DNA from: an uncultured Candidatus Saccharibacteria bacterium
GTDB taxonomy: Bacteria > Patescibacteriota > Minisyncoccia > UBA6257 > WO2-44-18
Length of the DNA: 46,897 bases
Assembly (NCBI GenBank): GCA_964360605.1
Contig: CAYHXN010000003.1
Span: forward strand, 1-46,897
Direction of reading: 5' to 3'
The notes under the pieces were generated by a model. That model saw nothing but the letters and a program-made list of their open reading frames with translations. It ran no database searches and was not told where the DNA came from. This document shows positions 34,187 through 42,981 of this stretch, in pieces. Within the stretch, counting starts at the first letter, position 1, and each line of letters starts with the position of its first letter. Made by a program: the position numbers and the translations under genes.

Positions 34187-34807
34187 ATGGTCAATAATAC
34201 TACAACTCAATCTTCGATTCTGCATCCACTCAGAACAGCTTTCGAAAAACTTCCTCAACCGATTCAAGAATGGCTGACTTCGGTTCAGGTTACAAACGTA
34301 ATTATTGAAATGAATAAACGACTTAATATGGTGGGAGATTTAGTAAAAATTATTCCGAATTATCTGATTTTACGGCTAGTAGTCGGGGATCTAAAACCGG
34401 AAAATTTTGTTAAAGAATTTCTTGATGAATTAGATATAGACGAATCCGAAGCGATAAAATTAACTACTGAAATCTACCAAAAAATTTTAAAGCCGATTGA
34501 GCCGTCGCTTCGTTCTAGTGTTAATGTAGATGTCGCGAAACTTTTTACGGCTAATCTCGCTTCTCAATCAATACCAAGAATCGTTCCTGCTTTACCCCGG
34601 CCAACGCAGCCGGAAATGGTTCGGCCTAACTCGCCACAGATGATTCAGCCTTTCAGCGAACTCAAGACGAATCCGTCACAAATGGTTCGACCAAGCTCAC
34701 CGCAAGTTTTCAAAATTCCGAATATAGGATCAATTCCAACACACGACGACGAACCGAAAAAAGTACATTATAGCAATATGAAAACAATTTTAAAAGATAA
34801 AATATAA
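34187..34807 (+). CDS. hypothetical protein with a repeated QxMVRPxSPQ C-terminal motif
   Basis: Track ORF. No TM helix and no recognised domain. Confidence 0.5.
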   Translation: MVNNTTTQSSILHPLRTAFEKLPQPIQEWLTSVQVTNVIIEMNKRLNMVGDLVKIIPNYLILRLVVGDLKPENFVKEFLDELDIDESEAIKLTTEIYQKILKPIEPSLRSSVNVDVAKLFTANLASQSIPRIVPALPRPTQPEMVRPNSPQMIQPFSELKTNPSQMVRPSSPQVFKIPNIGSIPTHDDEPKKVHYSNMKTILKDKI

Positions 34808-34823
34808 AATTAAGGAATGACTC

Positions 34824-34900
34824 CCCGCCGATGGCGGGATGCTCATGTTTGTGGCTAAATTTTAGAGCTACACATGAGCCCTAAAATTTAGACAAACATG
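34824..34900 (+). promoter_or_regulatory. structured intergenic RNA with mutually exclusive helices; one sequesters the next start codon
   Basis: CCCGCC-gat-GGCGGG (34824-34838). GCTCATGT (34841-48) / ACATGAGC (34872-79), versus CATGTTTGTggCTAAATTTTAG (34844-65) / CTAAAATTTAGACAAACATG (34881-34900). Confidence 0.5.
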
Positions 34901-35371
34901 GCACAATTTCAAGTACCACAATTTATAGAAACCGAAGATAAGATTATTGGCTCAATGACGCTAAAACAATTTGCGTATATTGCCGCCGCGGGAATGTTGA
35001 GTTTTCTTCTATTTTTCGTACTTCGCTTCGGTTTTTGGCTGGTGATAACGGTGATCCTAAGCATAAGCGCGGCATCGCTGGCGTTTCTAAAATACAATGG
35101 GCAACCGCTTCCTAAAATACTCGGTTCGGCAATTAAATACACGCTCTACCCAAAACTTTATCTTTGGAAAAGAACTACTGCGCAAACCGAGCCGCCGGAA
35201 ATAAATGTGCCGGAATTAAGATCGGAGGCCGTGTCTCCGCTAAAAAGAATCTGGCTGAAAATCAATACCGTTATTCATCCTATTCAACAACGCAGTAAAG
35301 AAAAGAAGATGGATTCGTACAGGCAAACTATTCAACAAAAACAAATGGCAAGGAGAGTGGATTACCGCTAA
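34898..35371 (+). CDS. PrgI/VirB3-like small membrane protein
   Basis: MAQFQVPQFIETEDKIIGSMTLKQF followed by two TM helices, the pattern of PrgI-family proteins. Immediately upstream of VirB4. Confidence 0.6.
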   Translation: MAQFQVPQFIETEDKIIGSMTLKQFAYIAAAGMLSFLLFFVLRFGFWLVITVILSISAASLAFLKYNGQPLPKILGSAIKYTLYPKLYLWKRTTAQTEPPEINVPELRSEAVSPLKRIWLKINTVIHPIQQRSKEKKMDSYRQTIQQKQMARRVDYR

Positions 35372-35380
35372 AATTAAACT

Positions 35381-36046
35381 ATGGCCCAACAAACTTCGCA
35401 GCCCTCTCAAAAACTGGTGAGTATTGAAGAAATCCGGAACGGAATCGTTATTTTAAAAAACGGCGCCTTGCGTCAAATTCTGATGGTTTCCGGAGTGAAC
35501 TTTGATTTGAAATCAGAAGAAGAGCAGGGATTGATTCTTTACGGATATCAAAACCTATTGAATGCTTTGGATTTCTCCATACAATTTTTTATTCACTCCA
35601 GGAAAATCAACATTGAAGGATACTTGGAAAAGTTAACTGGTCGCGAGGAGCAGGAAACTAACGACCTTTTAAAGAATCAGGTTCGAGAATACCGCGAATT
35701 TATTCGTTCTTTCGTCACGGAGAATCCTATTATGCAGAAAAGTTTTTTCGTCGTTATCCCTTACGACCCCATTCAAGTTCCGGAAGCGGCGTTGAAAGTA
35801 GGTAGGGGACTATTTAGCATTTTCCGTAAAAAAACTCCGATATCAACAGGACAGGAAAAAGAACAGCAGTTGGAAAAAGGATTGACCCAATTAAGCCAGC
35901 GTCTAGAACAAGTAATCAACGGGCTCTCGGCAATCGGATTAACCGCGGTCGCTTTAGACACAAATTCCGTTACCGAACTTTTCTACAATCTTTATAATCC
36001 CGAAGCAATTGAGAAAGTAATGCGACAAACAACAAGTGACAAGTAA
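35381..36046 (+). CDS. VirB4 N-terminal domain encoded as a separate ORF
   Basis: LVSIEEIRNGIVILKNGALRQILMVSGVNFDLKSEEEQGLILYGYQNLLNALDFSIQFFIHS resembles the N-terminus of Gram-positive VirB4/TcpF-type ATPases. Confidence 0.55.
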   Translation: MAQQTSQPSQKLVSIEEIRNGIVILKNGALRQILMVSGVNFDLKSEEEQGLILYGYQNLLNALDFSIQFFIHSRKINIEGYLEKLTGREEQETNDLLKNQVREYREFIRSFVTENPIMQKSFFVVIPYDPIQVPEAALKVGRGLFSIFRKKTPISTGQEKEQQLEKGLTQLSQRLEQVINGLSAIGLTAVALDTNSVTELFYNLYNPEAIEKVMRQTTSDK

Positions 36047-36047
36047 C

Positions 36048-37751
36048 ATGGACCAACAATTTAAAGACTTAATCGCCCCGCCAGCATTGGAAATTGACTC
36101 CAATTATTTAAAGCTTGGGAAAAAATTTTCCAAAACTTTGTTTTTATTTTCTTATCCCCGCTATCTCTCCAGCGGTTGGTTCTCCCCAATAATTAACTTG
36201 CCGGAACTTTTAGATATTTCAATTTTCGTTCATCCGATAGACACCGGCTTGGCTCTTAAAAAACTTCGGAAAAAAGTAACCCAAATTCAATCACAGTTAA
36301 GCGAGCAGGAAGAGAAGGGATTAGTGCGCAATCCGGTTCTAGAAACCGCTTACCGAGACATTGAAACTCTGCGCGACGCACTCCAAACTTCCCAAGAAAA
36401 TCTTTTTAATGTCGGAGTTTACGCCACTATTTACGCTGATACGCTGGAAGGAATTAACAAATTAGAAGCGCATATTACCAATCTTCTAGAAAGCCGATTG
36501 ATTTACGTGAAACCCGCCATATTCCAGCAGTTGGAGGGTTTTGGTTCAACTATTCCTCTCGGCAACGACATTCTTTCTATCCATACTCCGTTAAACTCCA
36601 GTCCTGTTTCTTCATTTTTCCCATTCGCTTCCGCGAGCCTTACTTCCGACGATGGAATTCTCTATGGATTGAACCGCCATAATAATACCCTTATTATCTT
36701 TGACCGCTTTTCTTTGGAAAACGCTAATATGGTGATTTTCGCCAAGTCCGGTGCCGGAAAATCCTACGCCACCAAACTGGAAACGCTCCGTCTTTTAATG
36801 CTGGGAACGGATGTAATAATCGTTGATCCGGAAAACGAATATCTTAACCTTGCCAATTCTGTTGGGGGAAGTATTTTTAAAATCGCCCTTACCTCTAACG
36901 ACAACATCAATCCCTTTGATATTCCGAATATCCCCAAGGACGAAGACCCGAACGAAGTTTTACGATCCCATATCGTTAACTTAACCGGACTTATAAAAAT
37001 GATGCTGGGGGAGATCACTTCCGAGGAGGAAGCGATGCTGGACCAGGCAGTCAGCGAAACCTACGCCGCGCGTGATATCGTCCCGGGAAAGGATTTTAGT
37101 CACGCCGAACCGCCGCTTTTGGAAGACTTGGAAAAAGTCTTGGCTAATATGAAGGGCGGCCACGATTTAGCGCAACGGCTTTATCGCTTCACCAAGGGCA
37201 GTTTTGCCGGCTTTACCAATAAACCGACTAACATTGACGTCAAAAACCGCTTGATGGTTTTTTCCATCCGCGATCTAGAAGAAGAACTCCGGCCGATTGC
37301 CATGTATATCATTCTTAACTTCATCTGGAATCTTATCCGGTCAGAATTGAAAAAAAGAGTGTTATTGGTAGACGAAGCTTGGTGGATGATGAAATATCCG
37401 GAAGGTGCCGCCTTTTTATTCAGCTTAGTGAAGAGGGCACGCAAATATTATCTTGGCGTTACAACCATTACTCAAGATGTTGAAGATTTCCTAAATTCCC
37501 CGTTCGGGCGTCCGATTATTACTAACTCTTCTTTACAACTTTTACTGAAACAAGCTCCGGCCAGCATGGATTTGGTTTCTAAAGCGTTTAATCTTACGGA
37601 ATTTGAGAGAAATCTTTTATTGGAAGTCGGCGTCGGACAAGGACTGTTTTTTGCCGGACCAAACCACGTGGCTATTCAGATTATCGCTTCCTATTTAGAA
37701 GACCAGATTATCACTACGAAGCCCGAACAAGTCCTGCAAACGCAGGGATAA
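36048..37751 (+). CDS. virB4: VirB4-family T4SS ATPase (C-terminal two thirds)
   Basis: Walker A FAKSGAGKSYATK and Walker B LLVDEAWWMM. The ATG at 36048 is 1 nt after the previous stop, in a different frame. Confidence 0.8.
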   Translation: MDQQFKDLIAPPALEIDSNYLKLGKKFSKTLFLFSYPRYLSSGWFSPIINLPELLDISIFVHPIDTGLALKKLRKKVTQIQSQLSEQEEKGLVRNPVLETAYRDIETLRDALQTSQENLFNVGVYATIYADTLEGINKLEAHITNLLESRLIYVKPAIFQQLEGFGSTIPLGNDILSIHTPLNSSPVSSFFPFASASLTSDDGILYGLNRHNNTLIIFDRFSLENANMVIFAKSGAGKSYATKLETLRLLMLGTDVIIVDPENEYLNLANSVGGSIFKIALTSNDNINPFDIPNIPKDEDPNEVLRSHIVNLTGLIKMMLGEITSEEEAMLDQAVSETYAARDIVPGKDFSHAEPPLLEDLEKVLANMKGGHDLAQRLYRFTKGSFAGFTNKPTNIDVKNRLMVFSIRDLEEELRPIAMYIILNFIWNLIRSELKKRVLLVDEAWWMMKYPEGAAFLFSLVKRARKYYLGVTTITQDVEDFLNSPFGRPIITNSSLQLLLKQAPASMDLVSKAFNLTEFERNLLLEVGVGQGLFFAGPNHVAIQIIASYLEDQIITTKPEQVLQTQG

Positions 37752-37779
37752 TACCAAGGTTCGTATTAACAATTATTTT

Positions 37780-38175
37780 ATGGGTCCTAAAATTTCAACA
37801 ACCGAAGCGATGTTCCTTATAATGGCCGGCGTGGTCGCCGACCTTATTAACTGGATACCGGTAGTGAATTGGATTGTGGCTATCTTTATGTTTCCGATTA
37901 CCCAGCTCTACTTTAGAATGAAAGGCGTAAGGGGGCAGTACGCTTTAATCGGAAACATAATGGAATTGATTCCGGGATTAAGCGTTCTTCCGGCTTACAC
38001 CATTGCTATGGTCGCCACTATTTATTTAGACCGACATCCGGAATTGATGACTAAGGGACAACAAGGAGTTCTAAAAGAAAAAATGGGGCAAACTTCTGCT
38101 TCTAAAGAAATAAAATCAGCCGCTCCGGTAGCTCAAAAGTCAAAAAGGATAACAGAAGTAATCAAGAAAGTTTAA
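37780..38175 (+). CDS. small polytopic membrane protein
   Basis: About three TM helices and a basic C-terminal tail. Confidence 0.5.
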   Translation: MGPKISTTEAMFLIMAGVVADLINWIPVVNWIVAIFMFPITQLYFRMKGVRGQYALIGNIMELIPGLSVLPAYTIAMVATIYLDRHPELMTKGQQGVLKEKMGQTSASKEIKSAAPVAQKSKRITEVIKKV

Positions 38176-38177
38176 AA

Positions 38178-38846
38178 ATGAAAAACTATAATCTAAAATT
38201 TAAAACGGGGTTTTACTTTTTAGTTGTCATTTTTACTTTTTCTTTTTTATTTTTTCATTTAGTAACCGCGCAGGCGACACCGGAATTTATGGTTAGCTGG
38301 AAGGCCGATTCTTATGTTCCATCGGATTATCGGGGAAAAATTCTACCCTCGCCGTCTTCTTCAATAGAGATGGCGTTTGAGCTTATAGATGGTGGCCGAA
38401 TAGCAAATATCTCCAATAACCAAGTCCGGTGGTACGTGAATGGACGACTTTATCGCTCCGGCGCTGGATTAAAAAGTATCACCTACGTGCCGGCCCAGTT
38501 TGATCGCCAAAATCGGGAGGCGCATATTGAAATTATCGGTTATCGGGGCTTGAACTTAGAAAAGCGATTTACTGTACCAGTAGCGGAACCGAGCGTGGTT
38601 ATCGTTCCCATCAGCCAAAACGAATTTCGGGCTTTGCCGTATTTCTTTAATATCTCCTCATTCAACCAGCTTCAATTTGATTGGCGGGCTAACGACCTTG
38701 CTCCGGAAAATATCGCGGAACATCCGGATTTATTGACTTTAAGCAATCTTGCTCCCGGACTTCCAATATCGTTGTCAGTAACCGTTAAAAACTTAAATGA
38801 GATTCTAGAAATAGCCGGAACATCGTTAAACTTCATCACGCAATGA
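38178..38846 (+). CDS. hypothetical secreted/membrane-anchored protein
   Basis: N-terminal hydrophobic segment ending in TAQA. ATGA overlap with the next gene. Confidence 0.5.
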   Translation: MKNYNLKFKTGFYFLVVIFTFSFLFFHLVTAQATPEFMVSWKADSYVPSDYRGKILPSPSSSIEMAFELIDGGRIANISNNQVRWYVNGRLYRSGAGLKSITYVPAQFDRQNREAHIEIIGYRGLNLEKRFTVPVAEPSVVIVPISQNEFRALPYFFNISSFNQLQFDWRANDLAPENIAEHPDLLTLSNLAPGLPISLSVTVKNLNEILEIAGTSLNFITQ

Positions 38847-39895
38847 GGAATCAACGAATAATAAATCAATACGAATCTACGAATGTAGCAAAACGCCTTG
38901 TATTTTCATTTATTACTGTGTCTATTCTCTATTCTCTATGCTCTATTCTCTTAACGCAGTCAGTTTTTGCGCAAAATAATTCCATTAATAAACCAGCCCT
39001 AGAAGGCTCTTATAAAATTCCTATCCTTACTGAAACCGGAAAAATTCAATACCCGGATCTAAATACGATTACCGATCCTGCGAAACTCGTTTTGACGATT
39101 TTCCAATTTGCCATGGGCGCCGCCGGTATTTTAGCAATAGGAATGATTGTTTTTGGGGGAATCCAATACACCGTTTCCGCCGGTAATCCGGCGATGCAAA
39201 AAGACGCCCGCGATCGGATTTTGAACGCGATCTATGGAGTCGCTCTTCTTTCCGGCTCATTTCTTATTTTGAACACTATTAATCCAAAGCTCGTTAAATT
39301 AAGTACTCCGAAACTAACATCGTTAAATATAGATCTTAATCAGTTAGACGCGGAGAAGGCGCGAAAAGCCTGGAGAGAGGCCGACGAAAAACTAGGACTT
39401 GCTCAGCACGAAGAGCTAGTTTTAAGAGATAAATTCACAAAGGCGCAAGCGAAGGTTGGCACTGGGAAAACCGATTTAGAAAATTTACAATTTAAGACCG
39501 AAGCCCAAAGATTAGTAGTGGAATTAGCTGAAAAAGATTTGGAGAAGCAAAATCTTGCTATTGTACTTCAAAGAAGGGACGCGGAAATAGAAAAAGAGAG
39601 AATAATCTCTAAAATGAGAAAGGAGATACCCGATTTTTCCAAACACTTCCCGGATATTTACAGTACCGATAAGTTTGGGGTGAATAGCTTAAGAAGAACG
39701 ATAACGAACCCTCCCGAAAACACGATACCGCCTTACCTTAAAGAAAAATTAATAAATGAACTTCGGGTATATGAACAATCCTACTCGGCAATAGCTCCTT
39801 TAGAGAAAAAAATTAATGAGTCTGTAATAAATTTAGCGGAAGAACAAAGGCGTTTACAAGAAGTTGAGGAGGAGTGGTCTAAAGCGAAAAAATAA
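38843..39895 (+). CDS. VirB2/TrbC-like T4SS pilin domain fused to a long coiled-coil C-terminal region
   Basis: FQFAMGAAGILAIGMIVFGGIQYTVSAGNPAMQKDARDRILNAIYGVALLSGSFLILNTINP matches the two-helix pilin pattern. The remaining 200 aa or so are K/E-rich. Confidence 0.6.
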   Translation: MRNQRIINQYESTNVAKRLVFSFITVSILYSLCSILLTQSVFAQNNSINKPALEGSYKIPILTETGKIQYPDLNTITDPAKLVLTIFQFAMGAAGILAIGMIVFGGIQYTVSAGNPAMQKDARDRILNAIYGVALLSGSFLILNTINPKLVKLSTPKLTSLNIDLNQLDAEKARKAWREADEKLGLAQHEELVLRDKFTKAQAKVGTGKTDLENLQFKTEAQRLVVELAEKDLEKQNLAIVLQRRDAEIEKERIISKMRKEIPDFSKHFPDIYSTDKFGVNSLRRTITNPPENTIPPYLKEKLINELRVYEQSYSAIAPLEKKINESVINLAEEQRRLQEVEEEWSKAKK

Positions 39896-39897
39896 AC

Positions 39898-40995
39898 ATG
39901 AAAAAGATTATTCTAATAATTTCTATAACGATTTCTGTTCTCGTATTAGTCTTTGTCGTCTGGCGCTTATTAATTCTATCTCAACCGACAACGGACTCCT
40001 CTATGTTAGACGAGGAGGAAACTGCTTCTGGTAAATTACAATTATTATCCAGTGAACCCATTTTTGGGTTCTGGATTGATTTGAGCGGAAATATTTATAC
40101 GGTTTTAGAAAACGGCGCGATTAGCAGACTTTCTCAAGACGGAAAACTGGAACCGCTCTCCGAGCAATCAATACCAAGCATTAGCTCCGTGAATCCCTCG
40201 TCGGACGGGTTAAGAACAATTATTTCTTTCGGTTATCCTACAAAAGAAAGTTTTTCGGTTTTTGATACTAAGACAAACCGATTCATACCCCTATCGGAAG
40301 GAACCTCCAGCGCCGACTGGCATCCCTCTTCTTCAGACCGCCTAGTTTATATTCAAAACCGCGGCGAAAAAAACGTTATTTCAACTTTTACCGTTTCGTC
40401 GCAAAAAAGTTCGGAATTAATAACCCTGTCTCAAAAAGGCCTGCGCTTGGACTGGGCGTCGCCAGAAGAAATTTATCTTTTTGACTTACCGGATAATAAA
40501 TCAACGGGCTCGCTGTGGACATTAAATATCTCCACAAAAACACTAAGGCCGATAATTAAAGAAGAATCTGGGCTTATGACTAAATGGTTCTCTAATAACT
40601 CTTTTGGCTTAAAACTAAGCTTCGTCAACCAACTGCCGTCTTTAGAAATTATAGACCAACAGAATAGAACGCTCGCTAAATTGCCTTTCGTTGGGTTACC
40701 GTCCGAATGCGCCGAAGCTCTCTCCGAAAACCGAATTTATTGCGCCATTCCGGATGCCCAGGACAACCTAAACGGGTTCCTCCGAAGATATCTTAAAAAA
40801 GAAGATTTTTACGCCGATTCTGTTTACGCGATACCTACTAATATCGGGATTGATCAGCGTCTAGAAAATGCCGTCATGCCAATCTCCAGTCCTGCGTTAG
40901 ACGCCAACGTTGATATCTCCGAATTATCCGCTTATAACGGCGATCTCTATTTTATTAACCGAGCCGATCGGTTGCTTTACCGTTTAGATTTATAA
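39898..40995 (+). CDS. membrane-anchored protein, possibly beta-propeller-like
   Basis: N-terminal TM helix. Repeated S-x-DG / hydrophobic strand patterns. Weak call. Confidence 0.45.
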   Translation: MKKIILIISITISVLVLVFVVWRLLILSQPTTDSSMLDEEETASGKLQLLSSEPIFGFWIDLSGNIYTVLENGAISRLSQDGKLEPLSEQSIPSISSVNPSSDGLRTIISFGYPTKESFSVFDTKTNRFIPLSEGTSSADWHPSSSDRLVYIQNRGEKNVISTFTVSSQKSSELITLSQKGLRLDWASPEEIYLFDLPDNKSTGSLWTLNISTKTLRPIIKEESGLMTKWFSNNSFGLKLSFVNQLPSLEIIDQQNRTLAKLPFVGLPSECAEALSENRIYCAIPDAQDNLNGFLRRYLKKEDFYADSVYAIPTNIGIDQRLENAVMPISSPALDANVDISELSAYNGDLYFINRADRLLYRLDL

Positions 40996-41004
40996 AACCA
41001 ATTC

Positions 41005-41034
41005 TTGACTAGAAAGCCTTTGAATTGATATTAT
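41005..41034 (+). promoter_or_regulatory. candidate promoter TTGACT-N18-TATTAT, 7 nt upstream of an ATG (leaderless candidate)
   Basis: TTGACT at 41005-41010 and TATTAT at 41029-41034. ATG at 41042 with no SD. Confidence 0.4.
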
Positions 41035-41041
41035 TTAACAC

Positions 41042-42331
41042 ATGAATACAGAAAGATTTTCTCCCGGAGATTTCCTCCGAGAGCAAGAGGGGGATAAATT
41101 TGATGTTAGCGAGGCGTTGAATAACAAAGATTTCTTAGAATTTTTGACAAAGTACGGGGACGCCGAATCGTTTGATTCGAGCGAAGCCAATACCCAGGAA
41201 ATAGAAAAACGCTTTCAATCATTTGAATCAAAGAATGCTTCCGCAGCGGCATTAAAAGCTTTTTATAAAAAAGAAGTTATAGAGAAAACCATTATCGGGG
41301 GCGAAGCGAAGGGGTGGGAAAAACCGGTTGATGAATATATTGAAAAGGTTGCTATTGAAAATCCGGAGCTTATGACGCTTATCCATGAGACTCTGTACAA
41401 AAAGCAGGAAGCTGAAAAAGAAATAGAGTCTAGAACTTTAGAAATCAAGGATATTCTAAGATTAATTGCCGGAAAAGAGTCTCTAGAAATTATGAAATTT
41501 TCTTTAAAAGACGCGCTTGAGCGCTCGGCCGATCAGGCTCGGGATCTACTTAATCTGGAGAAAAGCAAAAAAGAGGCGTTAGTTCGCCAAAGCGAAAAAG
41601 CTGGTAGATTGGTAGAAATAAAGCGGTCTATGACCGGAGTTAGAGGTCTTTTTAATTTTAAAAACTTTGCCGTAATCGGCTGGATATTCCGCAACCCCGA
41701 AGAAAGAGAGGCGAAGAGGAGGCCGAAGCAGGAACTAGAGGCAATTGCTAAAATCCTAGAAAAATCTTTAAAAAAATCGGAAGAGAAGAAGTTGCCGGAG
41801 CTGGAATCCAACGTTAAAATCTTGACCGAAGTCCTTGAAACCGAAAAGTTAGCGGGGATGGCCAAGGCGGTATTGTTGGATATTTTGCCAACTGGGCAAA
41901 TGGTGAAAGAAAAAGCGGCTCAACATGTTTCTAAATTTATGGAGTCACTAATTAGTTCAAAAGGCAAGAAAGAGTTGGGAGAAAAACCGCTGGAAGAATT
42001 ATTATCAATAAAAAAATCTTTAGAAGACGCTGTATCAGAAGGTGAAGCTTTAAAAATTATGGAGCAAGTAGACGGCGAAAAAACCGAAAAAGCGATGGGC
42101 CAATTAGAAGTAGCTATAGAAAATAGGGTTACTAAAGAAATAATGGATTCGGTTTTTTCCGCCAAGCTTAAATCTAGGCCACTGGAAGAAATGGAAAAAA
42201 TAATAAAAGGATACTTGGACAAACCGTTGAACGAATCGGCTAAAAAAGCTTTGGAGCTTATTCTAAAAAGCCCCAGAGTTTCTCCAGAGAAAAAAATCTT
42301 GCTTAAAAAAATTCTTTTAGAGAAGTTTTAA
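41042..42331 (+). CDS. K/E-rich, probably coiled-coil, cytoplasmic protein
   Basis: Track ORF, 429 aa, no TM helix and no recognised domain. Confidence 0.5.
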   Translation: MNTERFSPGDFLREQEGDKFDVSEALNNKDFLEFLTKYGDAESFDSSEANTQEIEKRFQSFESKNASAAALKAFYKKEVIEKTIIGGEAKGWEKPVDEYIEKVAIENPELMTLIHETLYKKQEAEKEIESRTLEIKDILRLIAGKESLEIMKFSLKDALERSADQARDLLNLEKSKKEALVRQSEKAGRLVEIKRSMTGVRGLFNFKNFAVIGWIFRNPEEREAKRRPKQELEAIAKILEKSLKKSEEKKLPELESNVKILTEVLETEKLAGMAKAVLLDILPTGQMVKEKAAQHVSKFMESLISSKGKKELGEKPLEELLSIKKSLEDAVSEGEALKIMEQVDGEKTEKAMGQLEVAIENRVTKEIMDSVFSAKLKSRPLEEMEKIIKGYLDKPLNESAKKALELILKSPRVSPEKKILLKKILLEKF

Positions 42332-42344
42332 AAAAAATAAACAT

Positions 42345-42536
42345 ATGCAAAAACCAGATTTAGAAAAATATCTAACGGAGGAAATGAGTAATGAGCAAAA
42401 GGGAGCCCTGCACGTTAATCTTGCCCTAGTTTATCTTCAAACTCTGAATAATATAAACGAGCGTTATTTAGAAATGCTCAAAGAAACCACGGAAACTCTT
42501 AAAAGAATCAGTAAGAAAATTGAAAAATCCGCCTAA
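42345..42536 (+). CDS. small hypothetical protein
   Basis: 63-aa track ORF. The terminator overlaps its stop. Confidence 0.4.
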   Translation: MQKPDLEKYLTEEMSNEQKGALHVNLALVYLQTLNNINERYLEMLKETTETLKRISKKIEKSA

Positions 42537-42548
42537 AGCGGATTTTTT
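42525..42548. terminator. bidirectional hairpin terminator shared by convergent genes
   Basis: AAATCCGC-ctaaa-GCGGATTT with T runs on both strands. Confidence 0.65.
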
Positions 42549-42981
42549 ATAGATCGGTCGGCTTAATGACTACGTGCCGATCCTTTCCTTCGCCCATGCT
42601 TTCCGTCTTAACATCCGGCCGAATAGCAAGCTCGGTGTGAACTAAACGACGTTCATAAGCGTTAAGGGACGGCAGGTCAACGGAAGATTTAGAGGTAATG
42701 GCTTTTCTGGCTGCCGCTTGCGCTAATTCAATAATCAAACGCTCCCGTTCTTTGCGGTAATTATTGATATCAATAAAAACAGTTTCTAAATTTTGCTTGC
42801 GAGCAAACAAACGCAAGACGTGTTCAAGGTCGCTCACGAAAGATGGAATAAATTTTTCTAACCATTCGCCTTCATTAATAAAAATCGTAATTTTTTTATT
42901 TTCACTGTTTGAATCAATGCTGACATCGGAAAAACCGGCGCATTCAAGGAGTTTTTGGACTTGTAATTTGATTTGTTCCAT
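42547..42981 (-). CDS. jag: Jag/SpoIIIJ-associated KH-R3H RNA-binding protein
   Basis: R3H-type motif LNAYERRLVHTELA. Conserved position after yidC. Confidence 0.8.
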   Translation of the reverse strand: MEQIKLQVQKLLECAGFSDVSIDSNSENKKITIFINEGEWLEKFIPSFVSDLEHVLRLFARKQNLETVFIDINNYRKERERLIIELAQAAARKAITSKSSVDLPSLNAYERRLVHTELAIRPDVKTESMGEGKDRHVVIKPTDL

